Positions 49,601 to 62,587 of a DNA stretch of 64,000 nucleotides are shown piece by piece (position 1 is the stretch's first letter; every line of letters starts with the position of its first letter). The stretch spans positions 682,001 through 746,000 of the forward strand of contig JBLDXI010000029.1 in assembly GCA_047495785.1 (NCBI GenBank), in the 5' to 3' direction. Source of the DNA: Lepidodermella squamata (Eukaryota; Animalia; Gastrotricha). Both the position numbers and the translations under genes were made by a program. The notes under the pieces are model-generated. The model saw only the letters and a program-made list of their open reading frames with translations, ran no database searches and had not been told where the DNA came from.

Positions 49601-51059
49601 CGGTCTGTGCGCTCTTTCATCGCGCCAACTATATGTGCGCGCGCGTTTTTTGCGGCTGTATAACAGCGGGGCCAATAAATCAGCGCAAATGATGATGATA
49701 GGGCGCGGTTGATGCGTTCAACCTCTCTCTCGCTCGCTCTGTTATTTGGCTACAATAATTGTGATTGTTTTTTTTCCCGGCGTTTTGTTGCTGTTACCTG
49801 GGTAAACCCTGTTGGCTTGATTATTTTTCTGGGCATCAGCAGCGGTATGGTTTGTTTTTTTATGAGCTCCTCTATGTCTGGGTAGGCTTTATACCGCCTA
49901 GCCAATGATGCCTGCAGACTTTTATTTGTTATTGTTTTACCATTCAACAAATTAGTTTATGGGAATTTTAGTGTAGAGTATTTTATCGATTTTTGTTCAG
50001 AATTTTTATGGGCATAATTTAACATGTCCGCTCTCTTAATGCTTTTTTTAGGTTTTTACTGAATTTTTTTACGCATTCCACGCAATCCTACGTTTCCTTG
50101 AAAACATGTGTTTCTCATGAATTCATCATTCATCCACACTCTGAAATTCAAGCCGATCCTTAAAAATAGCTGTTTTTACCAGTTGAAAATATCTCGATTT
50201 GACAATGTGTTTCCGCTTTACTTTGGTTAGTATTTTTAGCAAAAATCTGGGTTGAAAAATTATCGAAAATTTAATTAAACAATGTTGAGAGCCTGGACTA
50301 AGCCTGGACATTCAAATATAATTATTGCGGTCGCGCTAAATTAGGGCTAATTGCTAATTATCCGATAGACCATAGACACTACCTCAGAAAAACTGTTTAC
50401 CTGAAACAACAACATTCAAGCAGATGTCGATTGCAAAAACTATAGCGGTCAATTCTTTCATCAGTTTCATACTTTTCTAAAAGCGCGAAGAAAACTTGGA
50501 ATCGTCACATAGATTCTTTAAAAAAAATATTCAAAGTTCGGTGCGGGATTTCTCCGTCGTCTAATGAAGTTGAGTGTCATTTTAAACTTTTTTCTGCTCG
50601 ATTGCCCTTTGCACTATTGTCATTGCACTAATGTCAATGACATCCGCAGATTTGTTGCTTTTATTAACAATTTGAAAATCGATTCAAAAATTTGCGAGGC
50701 TATTCAAATACTTCTCCGATGCGCCAATTCTAAATAAGGTGATCTGGACCCTACAGCAAATTAATTGCTGGGCTTCATAAACTCAATTTTGTTCACCAAT
50801 GCCTCAGTTATCATAAAACTCACAATTTATTCATTTTTGAATTTTGAAATTTAGGTTTATTGAATATTGAACGTGAAATTTTATTTGAAAGAAGGTCAAA
50901 GGATTTATTTTTAATTTTCAAATAATTATTTCCTTTATAGGCTGAAATATTATTTCGGGTTTTATTGGATTTTTCAATTATTTTATTGTTGTTTTTTCTA
51001 TTATTTTCTAGATCTGTTTAGCTTTTAAATTCCGATTTTTGTAAAATTCCACCAGCACC

Positions 51060-54000
51060 ATGGACGACCGGCCGCGAATGGCCCGGCGTCTGACGTCGCC
51101 GGCGTTCGGCCTGGCGCCGGGCGGCGCCGGTGCGGCGACGGCATCGGCCGCCAGCATCAGCGGCGAGCAGCACCGCCACCCGTCGCTGTACGCGCCCCGC
51201 ACGACGCCGATCATGAGCGCGAAGAACAAGTGGCACCAGTTCAAGATGCTGATGCTGCTGCCGAGCATGGCGCCGACGCCCAAGGCCAAGTCTAACTCGG
51301 TTCGCAAACAAGTATGCGCGTTGTCTGTCTAATTTTCCTCTTCCTCAACTTTGCACCATAATTACATTATCGAGATCAGATTAACCTGAATCTCTACGAG
51401 CTTCGCATACCAAAAATACTGGGGGAAAATATCTTTTAAATAGTTTACTCTTGATAATTCCTTTGTCTTGAACCCCATATTTAAGCGATAATTGACAAAA
51501 AATGAATTGGAAAAAAATAAAAAATCTGCTGACATTACGAAAAATAACAGAAAATAACAGAAAAACAGAGAAAGAATCTCGCGATATTAAAAAATTGAAA
51601 TTCTGAACCACTGCTATACAGCATGTCCCTTGAGTTGCGCTAGCAATTGTTCTGATTGCGGATTTTCGCGAACAAATGTTCGAAACATATCGAAATTAAT
51701 CTTGTGAGAAAGCTTTTATCCTTTATCCGCGATTTCAATGTAGAAATTTGATATTTCCCAGAAAAACACCGAGCAACCGAATGTAACCGGTTCGGTTTTA
51801 TCGGTAATTATCGGTATTTCACCTGGCTAGACCTAGTTACTGAAAAGCATTCAAAATTGGAAATACCTAATTGGAGTTTTGGGCTCTAAATTCGTCGGGT
51901 AATTTATAATTCGGGAACCTTTTCTCAACTGTAATTTTCATCCGGAAATGCAAGTGTTAAGTGATGAATAATTTATGAATAGCCTTCCGCAGCTTTTATA
52001 GCTCACATGTGCTAAATTAGGGCAAAATTTCGCACAACTCCGCTAACTTCAAGCCATTGTGCCATTCACACACCTCACACCTGTGCTTTGCGGTTTGAAA
52101 ATTGAAAAAAAATGCACACACATTTTTTCTATTTACCTGCATCGAAAATGCCTATTTTTGCTTAATTTCTGATCTTCCTTAAAAACTTAATTTTCCAGTT
52201 TTTCTATCATTTTTCCCCCTTTAACACTTTACAAACGATTTTTCTTCCTTTTTTGCAGTATGAAGAAAACAAAGTGATGTACAAAGGGCGGAAGCGCAGC
52301 AACTCGGCGATATCGATCCTGTTCGGCAACAACACGAACCACATGTCGAGCCTGGCCGCCCTGCAACAGCCCTACTCGTCGGTGGTGATGCAGCAGTCGA
52401 TCGACTCGCAGCCGCAAATGTCGACGCCGCACAACAGCAGCGAGTCGAGCCTCGCCAATTACAACAGCAGCAGCCACCGCAACAGCTTGACGGCTTTCGA
52501 CGACGAGATCATAGCGATGAATCAGCACCGCCGCCGCTCAACCTCGCCCACGTCGCCGCCTCACCCGAGCAGCCCGCAACCGCCGCCGCTGCCGGCTAGC
52601 CACTCGGCGGTTGCCCATGCGCTGCAGAGCGCCTCGGCCTCGTTGACCAACACGGCGGCGTTGAACCTAGCCATCGCCAGTCAAGCGGAACGGCGCAATT
52701 CGGCGGCGGAGAGCGAGGCGCGGCTGTTGCACCTCATCGAGACCAGCTTAACCGAGTTCAAAACGGCGCTGTCCACGCTGAAACTTCACTTGCATGAGCG
52801 TAAGTGCGGCAGTTTTCACGCTTAACTGAATTCATCTCGAATTTTATTATCACGAGTTCTCAAGAATGCGGTTTACATCTAAGGAATCAATTTTATGCTT
52901 GACTGAATTCAAGACAGGAGCGAGTGTGAAAATTCGGCCCGAATTAGGTTTTCTCGCAATTTTCGAATTTTTGTAGCTTGGGAAAAGTTAGGAGCTCAGC
53001 GTTGTCCACCCGACCTGTACCCGGCCTGTGGACAACTCTGTGGGAGTTTCATCCTTTTTAAAACTTGGAGAAATCAGGAAAGCATCATAGTTAGGTGGCA
53101 TTTTTTGTCTCTTCCCGAGTAAATGTTTCAGAAATATTTTTCCGTTACAATATTTGAGAATCAGAACATTTTAAGATTTTGAGAAAAATATATCCCATCG
53201 AAAAATTGTCCTCGGATGGCCTAATAGTAGAATTATAATTAATTTGAGACTAATATATGAGAAAACAGCCCCTGGATGGTATAGGAATAAGCATAAATCA
53301 CAGCTTTTATGCGGTTTTAGAGAGAATATTTGCGGAAGACGTAGTATTTTTTATTTCCCAAGTGGCATTTCGGGAGTGAGATATGTTGAGGAAAATGTGA
53401 TGAAAACTGACGAAGTTTTGACAGGAATCTGATAGAACAGTTCCACGCCCTCGATTACCGATATATTTCGGCCATTTTTAGGAATTGTATTTCCAATTAA
53501 ATGGCCTCGGCTTTCGATGGTTAACTAGAAAGCCCAGTTTCCCAAGAACCTTATTATGTATAGATAGAGCCCTAGAGGAGGCCAGTTTTGAGGAAAAACT
53601 CACATAATAAGACGAGGCGAAGCCGAGGCTTATTATGTGATTTTTTCCGAGAAACTAGCCGTATCGTGGGCTCTATTTTACATAGTACTCGGGAGGAAGC
53701 TGTTACCCTCTTCGTTTTACGTGGGTAAATACCCCTAAAAAATGCGAAAAATCACATAGGAAGAGTAATTTCACGAAAATAAAAAATCCATCTTAAAACC
53801 AAAAAGCTCAAAATGCGCAATTTGGTTATTCTGAACCGCTTTGCGCGTTGCTAAAAGCACAATTTTTCGGAGTTTCTCATCCAGTTTCTGTGTCTGGAAC
53901 ATAAATAATGAGCGAATGTTTGAGAATCATTCGCTTCAACTCATCTAAGGAGGGATTTCAATTATTTTGATGTTTTCGAAAAATGCACTTTCTATAAGAT

Positions 54001-57000
54001 TCTGAAATAGAAATTTAGGTGACTAGAGGGCTTTTCTCGTGATTGCAAGGTGCTGACCTTGAAGTAAACACTATCAATCTAGCTTTGCTCTACCGAAATA
54101 ATCGGGCGATAGGGCGTTCGACTGTCGCAGCACAATATTTCAATGGTTTTTCTCGCTCCGCTCGAAAAAATTAAAGTTCGATAGCACACTGCCTTCTCGC
54201 TACGCTCGACTCATCTCGCTTTGCTCGATCGAAAACCTTGCCCCGCGATGCTCGCTTTGCTCGCGTTTCACGGCGGGGCAAGGTTTTCGGTCGCTGAAAT
54301 GCATTGCTCGCTTCGCTCGCGTCTTTTAAAAAATCCAACTTAAAAGTGTTATTATGCAAAATTACTATGTTTACTATGTTTACTATGTAGCTTCCTCTAG
54401 AGTACTATCTATTCTTAAAAGACTATTAATCTCGTGGCACCCTAGATATCAGACAAACTCTACTACCAGGTGTTCACCAAGATTTCATAGATCCATGATT
54501 CCAAATCGATCCAAGATGGCTATATATATTTGTATCAAATGGCCTGGATGGCGAATATTTGACATTTCCAAGCGGTCTAATTTAAGGGTACTGTCGAGGT
54601 TCCACCCTAATTAAAGCGCTGAAATTCTCAGGATTGTCCAGATTCTTTCGATTTTAGCTGCTTCTTTCCTTATTCATACCGATACCCTTCATTACCACCA
54701 TTACCGCTAAGATTTTTATCTTTGGCATTTGGTACAATCAGCAATGTGAAAACCCTTTCATGTTGGCTTCCTAGCCTGCTGATATCGGAAAAATCACTGA
54801 TTTGTAAAATCGATCGTTAAATTCGAAAGCGGCTCTGCAGGCTAAAGCACAACTCCCGAACTGACCGCTGAAAGCTCAGAGTGGTGTATAATAGTAAAGC
54901 CTATCGGTTTTAGACACTAAAATCGAAAAATTGAGACTCAAGGGACGATGCGAAACTCGATATTTTGGGTACATCCAGAGCTGCTGCCTTAAATTTTGTA
55001 TTGGAACCCTAAATAGTAGTGACCGCTCACACTTATGACATTATATAAAGTCGTGAAACCAGTCGAAAAAACATTTAGAGTTTACGAAATAGGATAAACG
55101 CTTTCCCCAATGATTTTCTATTGTATGAGCCTTGAGTCTTGAACCCTGAATAAATTGAAAAAATGCGTGAAATATTACAATCCAATCTCGCAGCTCAAAG
55201 TTTATGATAGAATTACATAATTTATTTTCTTTTCCCTATTTTTCTGTAGAAACATATCTGCGGTCTCAGCTCGAATTCGATGTCAATAACTATCTCATGG
55301 CCCTGCACCGGGTCCTTGGCGCGTGTCCAGAAATCGCCCACGCCCCGGACGTCCACGCCCTCGCCAGCCAACTCATGCGCCTCGTCGCCTCAGCTGCTCC
55401 CGAAGGTGAGTGTGACGCATTTTATTCGCAATTTTTTGCATTTTATTCAAATAACACAAAAAAATAATAATAATCTGGCAAATCATTTTATTGGATCTCG
55501 GCCCATTGTTGTTGTGATGACGGTGCCTGGGCTCAAAATGGCGCCACTTGTTAACTTTTTATTGCCGCTCGATCGTGCCTCGATCGATGATGATAATGAT
55601 GATCTTTGCGCTTCTTCTTTTTATTGCGTGTGCGCTGACGTCGGAAAATTCGCGCGCGGCAATAAAAAATGTAATAATACGACTGGCGCTTATTGCTATT
55701 ATAACCATCTTCCTCGTCGTTTTTTTTCCTTCTGGTATCGCGCGCAGGTCTCATCTTCTTCTCGGCCGCCGTCATCCGTTTTATTGTCGCGACGATTTTA
55801 CTATTATGCTATTCAGAAGCATGGCAAATTTGCTTATTGGCGCGGCGATGATTGTGATCGGCATTGATCAGACTCAATGCGTCCGTGCCTCTACACAGAT
55901 AGTTATTAGGATTCAGATAAGAAGCGAACACAATAATAACAATAGCCATCATTATACTGTACTGCTTTTCCCATGGAAAAATCTCTCTCACATACATAAA
56001 GGCTTTCGTAATATCATTCGGAAACCGCTTTCTGCCTCTGATTTCGGCTTTACAGCAGCTCTTACACGGCACTAATAGAGCTTTCAACAACAAATCAAAT
56101 CATAGCTTTCGTTCAATTCTGAGATTTCTGCAGGTCCTCATGTGAAATACGATTTGGGCCTGTCACAAAAATATAATTTTTTTTAGCTGATCGAAAGCGT
56201 TTGCATTTGGTTCCCAGCTAACCGTTAGAGCCCACATTTGATTTTTTGAATATTTTCAAAATCTCAAATTGGATTTCACGATAAATTTTCAAAAATTTCC
56301 GATATTCCGATATAAATTCTACAAATTCCTAAAAATCAAATGTTGCTTTTCAATGAAACATTCTTCTAGAAATTCTGAATTTTTTATCTTGCGGAAATTA
56401 TTTGAAGACTTGATCGCCCAAAATAATATCGCTTTCTCTTCTATCGTTATATTTAGCGCCCATTTTGATCGTAATGATAAGGAAAAATGAGCAGACGCAG
56501 TGAGACGCCACTTGAAGCATCGATTTTCCTTGTCTAGCCCTCCAAAACACACAGGTGTTCTAACAACAATGGTAGCCTGGATGTTATTGATCACCTAAAA
56601 TTACCCGCAAAAATATGTTTTGGCAATATAAGAACGCGCGTGACCTGATTTTGCGGTCCAAAAATATCTGTATTATCTAAATTCAGCAATCAGCTGAACA
56701 CGCATTTATATATCTATACCACAACAGGATAAACGTCACATATTTCCGTGCTGGTAAATTGATAAAATTTTAGCTGTCCAAATTGGCTAAATTTTATTTT
56801 ATTGGCACATGGCACCAAAAAAATGATGATGGTGCAATTGCGACGGTGTGCGTGGGTAAGAAAAAACGCAGTGGCCTAATTTACGTCATTTCGTCTCATG
56901 ATCAGACTGATAGATATAATTGCGCAACTGATGTAATTGCGGCTTTCAATTTCCCGCGCGCTCTACAACATTCGCAACTGATCGCAACTGTAAATAAAAA

Positions 57001-60000
57001 TTGCGCGCGAGAAATACATCGTTATATTCCTGCGCCCTATTTAAAAAAAAACCCCGGTTTTTAAATCGATCTCATCGGGCGATAATAAACCATCGGGTTT
57101 TTTTTCGCTGTATAGATGCGGATCTAAAAAAAAATAGCTGGTCGAGTAGAATAATACAATAACAATTTTTGCGGTTCGAACACGCCGGAAAAAATGCGCG
57201 CGTTTATCGCGCCGCCTTTGATCATCTGGAATCGGTTTTTTCTTAATATAACACGGCTCGGATAATATTATTATTACTATTATATATATCAAGCCTTCGT
57301 TTTTGCGCTCAGCCGCGAGCTACAACATCCCGCTGTTGTTTAATGTACACACCTTCGAAATCGCATGCGTAACATAAGCGAAAGCAATCATGAGAGTTTT
57401 TTCAAGATGAGATGATAGATGAGAGCTGATTTTTGCTGCGATGCGTGCGGCCTCAAAAGTAGCTACAGCAGCTCTAGCGCCAGCAAATTATCATTGGCTA
57501 CAGCTGAATTAGTCAAGCTCTGAGTCGGCTAAAAGCTGGCCATTCGCATTATTATCGATATTATACCTCTCCTAGCTGCTATACGCCAATAAATACAAGC
57601 CTCTCTAATATGTTTGCACGTAATCATCGCGATTGATCACGGCCCGCTTGTTTTTGCGCCGAAAATTGGCCCTTTTTCTGTGCTATAGCAGCTATTATTA
57701 TCATCATTACCTTAGAAAATCGTTGTAAATGCGTTTTAAAGTGATTATTCACGCTTTTGTGATTTGAATTATGCCTATCGCGTCGTGTTTTTTTCGTGGC
57801 CAAAAAACGGGAACAATTTTACGGTGTTAAATTAGCGCCTCGCTGTTCCGTTTCATACCCCGTGTACCACTTTAATTCCCTTTAAATTACTGTCAATCAG
57901 TCTCAAACATTTCTGAAAAAATGTGCTCTTTCAAGATTTTTCTCAAATCTCAAGCTTCAATTCCCTGTGAAATTTTCAGTATAGTTTGAATTGCATGAAT
58001 TTTTAATTTAAATGGAGTAGTGTAGTTCAGTTATCCAGTTCCATTTCTCAGTTTAAGAATTTTTCTTAGGTAATATTAATATTTTGCGGAATTTTCCGTG
58101 AATGATTTGGCGAAAGACCAATTAGGAATTCATTCGATTTAATAGATTGAATTTTTCAGTTCTGATTTTGGGACAATCGTTACTGCCTATAAAATATTCC
58201 CGCGCAAACTCGCAAATTACTGGAAAAAATTACCATGGGATTTTCGAGCGTTTCTGGTTAATTATCTATTCATCGGGGAAATAGCTAGTAAGCCAATAAT
58301 AACTTGAATTGCCGAAATCTGTTTAAAAAATACCTTGATTTTATGTACATTACCGTAATTTAATTTTCGGGACGATAATTTATGAATACATTTGTGTTGT
58401 TAGGAGTTGCGAATTGTGGTGTAACAAGCACCGTAACCGCCGACCGCAGCGCCTCTCCGCCGCCGTCGGCCGTCTCGTCTTCGTCGGCGTCGCCCGAACC
58501 GCCGCCGGCCCCCGCCTGCGCCCCGGCGCCGCTACGCAGCGACGCCGCCCGGTGTGCCGACGCGCTCGCCGTAGTCGTCGTGCGCCGGCTCAGCCGCCAC
58601 ATCTCCGCGTCCATCGTCGGCGAACTGCGCCAGCACATCGCCATCGACGAGGAGCTACCGTCACCCTCCAGTGACTTCCCAATCAGCAGCAGCGCCAACA
58701 ACCGACTGGCGCGGTCCATGAACGACGTGAGCGGCGCCCTGTCGTCGTCGCCCCACGTCACCCTGGCCGACCAGGCGCCCCTCACCCAGCAGACCAGCAA
58801 TGCGACCCTGCAGCAGCAGGACGCGCTGCTGGGTGTGCCCACCCTGTCGGCGGCCACATCCGGCGAGGAGCTCGACCTCATCGTCGGCCGGCTGTGTCGC
58901 TCGGACGGCAGTGTCGAAACCCTGCTCGAGCAAGTCCGCTTCGCCGATCGCTACCTCAAGGACATTGCTTCCTACGTCGAAAAGCGAACCCTATTTTGTA
59001 AGTCAATATTCAAATTTCCGATTTTTGCCAATAGAAAACCTTTTTTAACTATCATTTTAGCTTGGAAATTTAATTTTTTTCCCATAGATGGGTTGGGACT
59101 TGAAGTTTCCTAAAGTTTTGACGCTGCATTAATTGAGGTTCCAGAACTAAACTTGGGAATTTTAGTTCCAAATTTTTCCAAATTTTCCCTTCTCCATCGA
59201 TAGCTATGGGCCCAAAAACGCTGTAAATATTTATATAACTACCTAGTATGTAGGATAAGTTTCGATGTTGTCCTCCGAGACTTCTGATCGGAAAAATCAC
59301 TGGTTCGTAAAATCGATCCTTGGAATCGATATCGATACCGATAAAAGGCCTAAGTGTAAATCGTAAACTGATCAATTTAACGCAAAATCAGTGAGATCTA
59401 TCGGGTAGCTTTATAGTGAAAAAACCTGATTCTAGGAAAGACCTGAACCTCGGAAAAAACCCGATATTTTGGGAAACCTAGACCTGGAGCCTCAAATTTA
59501 GTTCTGGAACCTTCAATTAGGGTCTCTCCAATTCATTTTCTACACTTAGAAATAATTTGCCTAAAATTTTTAAATATTGCTCGTACTTTTAGGGATTTAC
59601 CTGGGAAACCTTCGGCCAATAATTTTATGACAAAAAATTCATTTTTTTGGGAAATTAACTACAATTACCCGAATTCTGCGCCAGTTAGAAAACATTTCCC
59701 AAGTTCATGGAATTTTATGGAAAATTGAATTAATGTTTGCCTTTTTAGATATGGACTATTTGAAGAATCTGAACAAACTGGCGGGCAACCTCAAGCCATC
59801 ACTCGCCAGCTCATCAGCCTCCACAACCGTCCCTCTGCAGTACATCTTCCTACCCCTGGTGCAACACGACGTCGAGTACACGTCACTGGCGCTGCGAAGC
59901 TGCCAGGCTCAGCTTTCCGACCGCGACGGCTTCGTATCGACCGTCGGCGATCGCCGGTCCGAATTGAAGCGAGCCGAGAAAACGATCCAAGACCGGTGGT

Positions 60001-62587
60001 CGCGGGTTGTTAACCTGTACGTCGCCGCCATGTCCGAAATGCGGAAGGCGCATCAGCAGTACGAACGGGCTGTAGACACCCTGACGAAGCGCCGCGATGA
60101 GGAGTGCCTGGCTAAAGAGGCTGATGCGCAGATTCAGCTGCGGACGAAAATTATGGAGGTCAACCACAAGTTGAATCAGCTCGAGCGAACCAAGTCCGAA
60201 TGTTTGTACGAGATCATTCGCCAGATAAGTCTCACTGAGACGACCCTGAAAGATTCTTCCGAGCGGTATTTCCACTTCATTTCGGTCGTTATCTGTGAAC
60301 ACCCTTCAGTGGTAAGTCTTAGTAAAAAATTATCAATAAATTATGCTTAATTAAACTAACCCATGGAAATTGAAAATGCAATTTTTTTTTTAATTTTTCA
60401 AATTTAATTAAAGTATTTCCTAGAAAAAATTCAGCCACATAATTGCCATTGATTCTCATTTTCGACTTCTTCGAATTTTAGTATGAAGCCATGCGGTCTC
60501 AATCACGTTGCATCGAAATCGGCGCGCAGTTCATGGCCGAAGTTCGGCGGATAATTTCCGATAGCAATCACTTCATCTTCGAACCCATCGAATTCGAACA
60601 GCTGTAAGTTTTCATAACGACCTAATCTTTATAATTCCGAATTATTTTTCGAAAAATTTGCCGTAGTCGCTGATTGAAAGTATAGCTAACTAGTTATTTC
60701 TCCTTTTTTTAGAAGAAAAAGCGTGCGATCTTCCGGCGACAGCAGCGGCACTTCAGCGCTCGCCAGCTCAATAACGTCGATGATTCCACTGCCGCGGGCG
60801 TTCCGCGTGCCGCTCACCGTCATCACGTCATTCGACTCGGACGACGAGTCACCCTCACGGTCCTCGTCGCCAACACCGCCCGACCAGGCAGCGGCCAATC
60901 TTGAAACCAGCGGCACGAGCACCAGCTTCGACGGCGGTGCTTCGGCGTCAGGCCACGCGCAGCGGCAACATCGGCGAAAAACGCGCCAGGAGTCGCTCAG
61001 CAACAGCCACTGCCTTTCAAAGCTGCGCACGTCGTCGGCCCGCTGCGCCATCTGCCGCGCCGCTACCGTCTACGAGCACGGCGTCAAGTGTGATAAGGTG
61101 GGAAAAACTCAATTTTCATTCGTTTTCATCATTTTTGGAGGCGCCAATAGAAATCTCATTAGTATATGCAAATCAGCCGTGTTGATTTTGTGAATATTCA
61201 AAATGTAATGATTTGAATATGCTAATTCCTCGAATTGATTGGGTGAATATGCAAATTAGCTTAGAAAATGATCAAAATGTACGTGCATACGCAAATGAGG
61301 CTATAGGGGAATATGATCTCATTAGCATATTCACACAACAGTAAATGCATAATTTGCATATGCTAATGAGTTGATCGATTTTTTTACGCGATTTGTTTAT
61401 TGGAATTTCATATTTTTCAGTGTGGACTCGTCTTTCATCGCAAATGTGTCGAAAATTCGGCGACGCTGTGCGACTCGCGCCGTCGCTCGCCAATATTCGG
61501 CGTCGATCTCGCCACGCATCTGGCCGACACGGGCCAACCCGTGCCCCTCGTTCTGCAAAAATGCCTCGCCGCAATCGAACGCGACGCGCTCGCAGTTAAA
61601 GGCATCTACCGCGTGCCAGGGTCGAAAAAGCAGATTGAAGCCGTGTGTCGAGCGCTGGAAGAAGGCGCCGGCCATGCTGTTAACCTCGACGAAGAACAAC
61701 CGCATGTTCTAACCGGAATTGTGAAATCCTATCTGCTCCAACTCCCCGAGCCGCTTTTCACCAACAAATTAGCTCACTCTTTGTTGAAATCCAGTCGAGA
61801 AGACCGGCTGTCGATCGACGAGCTCCAAGTCGCGGTAAAACGGTTGCCAGAGGCAAATTATCTAACTTGCGGTCTGTTGCTTCAACACCTGCGAGTTGTC
61901 GCGGCTAAATCGGACGAAAATCAGATGACCGTCTCGAATTTAGCCATCATCTTCGGCCCAACCTTACTGCTATCCGTGCTGAGAGGCCAACAACATTTGC
62001 AACAGTCAACCTCCGTGAGTGGGGCGAATGACGAAATGTGGTCGACATCCATGGCTGACACGGTTCATGCGTCGAAAGTCGTCGAGAAACTGCTTACGAA
62101 TTTTGACCTGGTTTTCGACAATCTACCGCTCTTCCACACAACGCCAGTAGTTAACGGGTCCGTAGAAGAGCCGAAAGCGCCTGCTGCCGTGAGTAACGAA
62201 AGTCGCCTGAGTAATGCGCCTAGTGAAGACGTACCGCATACTAAGTCGTCGCCAGCCGGGTCGCCGACCTCGTCGAAACACTCGTCCCCCGGGCCGCAAG
62301 TCGGGCCGAACACGGCTAGTCAAGAATTGCCCCCTGTAACGCTAACGACGATCGTGCCGTTCCGGCCGATCCAGCCGAGTAATAATGTGACTTCATCTAG
62401 TGCTTCATCCTCTTCGCTGCAAACCAGTCATGTTATGCACCACTCGTATGACGCGACGGTGACGTCGGCGCCGGCGCCGCTCCCACTGTCGCCGTCGTCG
62501 AGCACCACCGATACGTCGATTCAGTCTGTATCGGCTGTAAATGCGCCAATTAGCAAAAAGCTAAGCAATGTCATTGTTAGACTCTGA
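51060..62587 (+). CDS. F-BAR/C1/RhoGAP protein (ARHGAP45/ARHGAP29/GMIP family), 8 coding exons
   Basis: Exons 51060-51311, 52259-52799, 55250-55405, 58404-58997, 59749-60311, 60482-60603, 60713-61097 and 61421-62587. F-BAR start (YLKDIASYVEKR); C1 domain split by an intron (H..KLR...CAIC...CDK|CGLVFHRKC); RhoGAP IFGVDL, GIYRVPG arginine finger and NQMTVSNLAIIFGPTL. Confidence 0.9.
53530..54330. mobile_element. Non-autonomous hairpin-rich element with GCGAAGC-type motifs
   Basis: ~170-nt imperfect palindrome centred on GACGAGGCGAAGCCGAGG (~53535-53702), five CTCGCT(N)(Y)GCTCG copies at 54152-54320, and a second hairpin CGAAAACCTTGCCCCG / CGGGGCAAGGTTTTCG. Confidence 0.6.
59130..59519. mobile_element. 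MITE-like element in RhoGAP intron
   Basis: Imperfect ~26-nt TIRs TAATTGAGGTTCCAGAACTAAACTTG / CAAATTTAGTTCTGGAACCTTCAATTA. Confidence 0.6.
61155..61370. repeat. Octamer-motif-rich inverted-repeat element in the intron splitting the C1 domain
   Basis: Ends CTCATTAGTATATGCAAAT / ATTTGCATATGCTAATGAG (1 mismatch); several ATGCAAAT/ATGCTAAT copies inside. Confidence 0.65.

Noticed and set aside
47087-50311. Short ORFs upstream of the RhoGAP gene
   Set aside because: Low-complexity translations of AT/CGCG-rich non-coding DNA; no splice or domain support.
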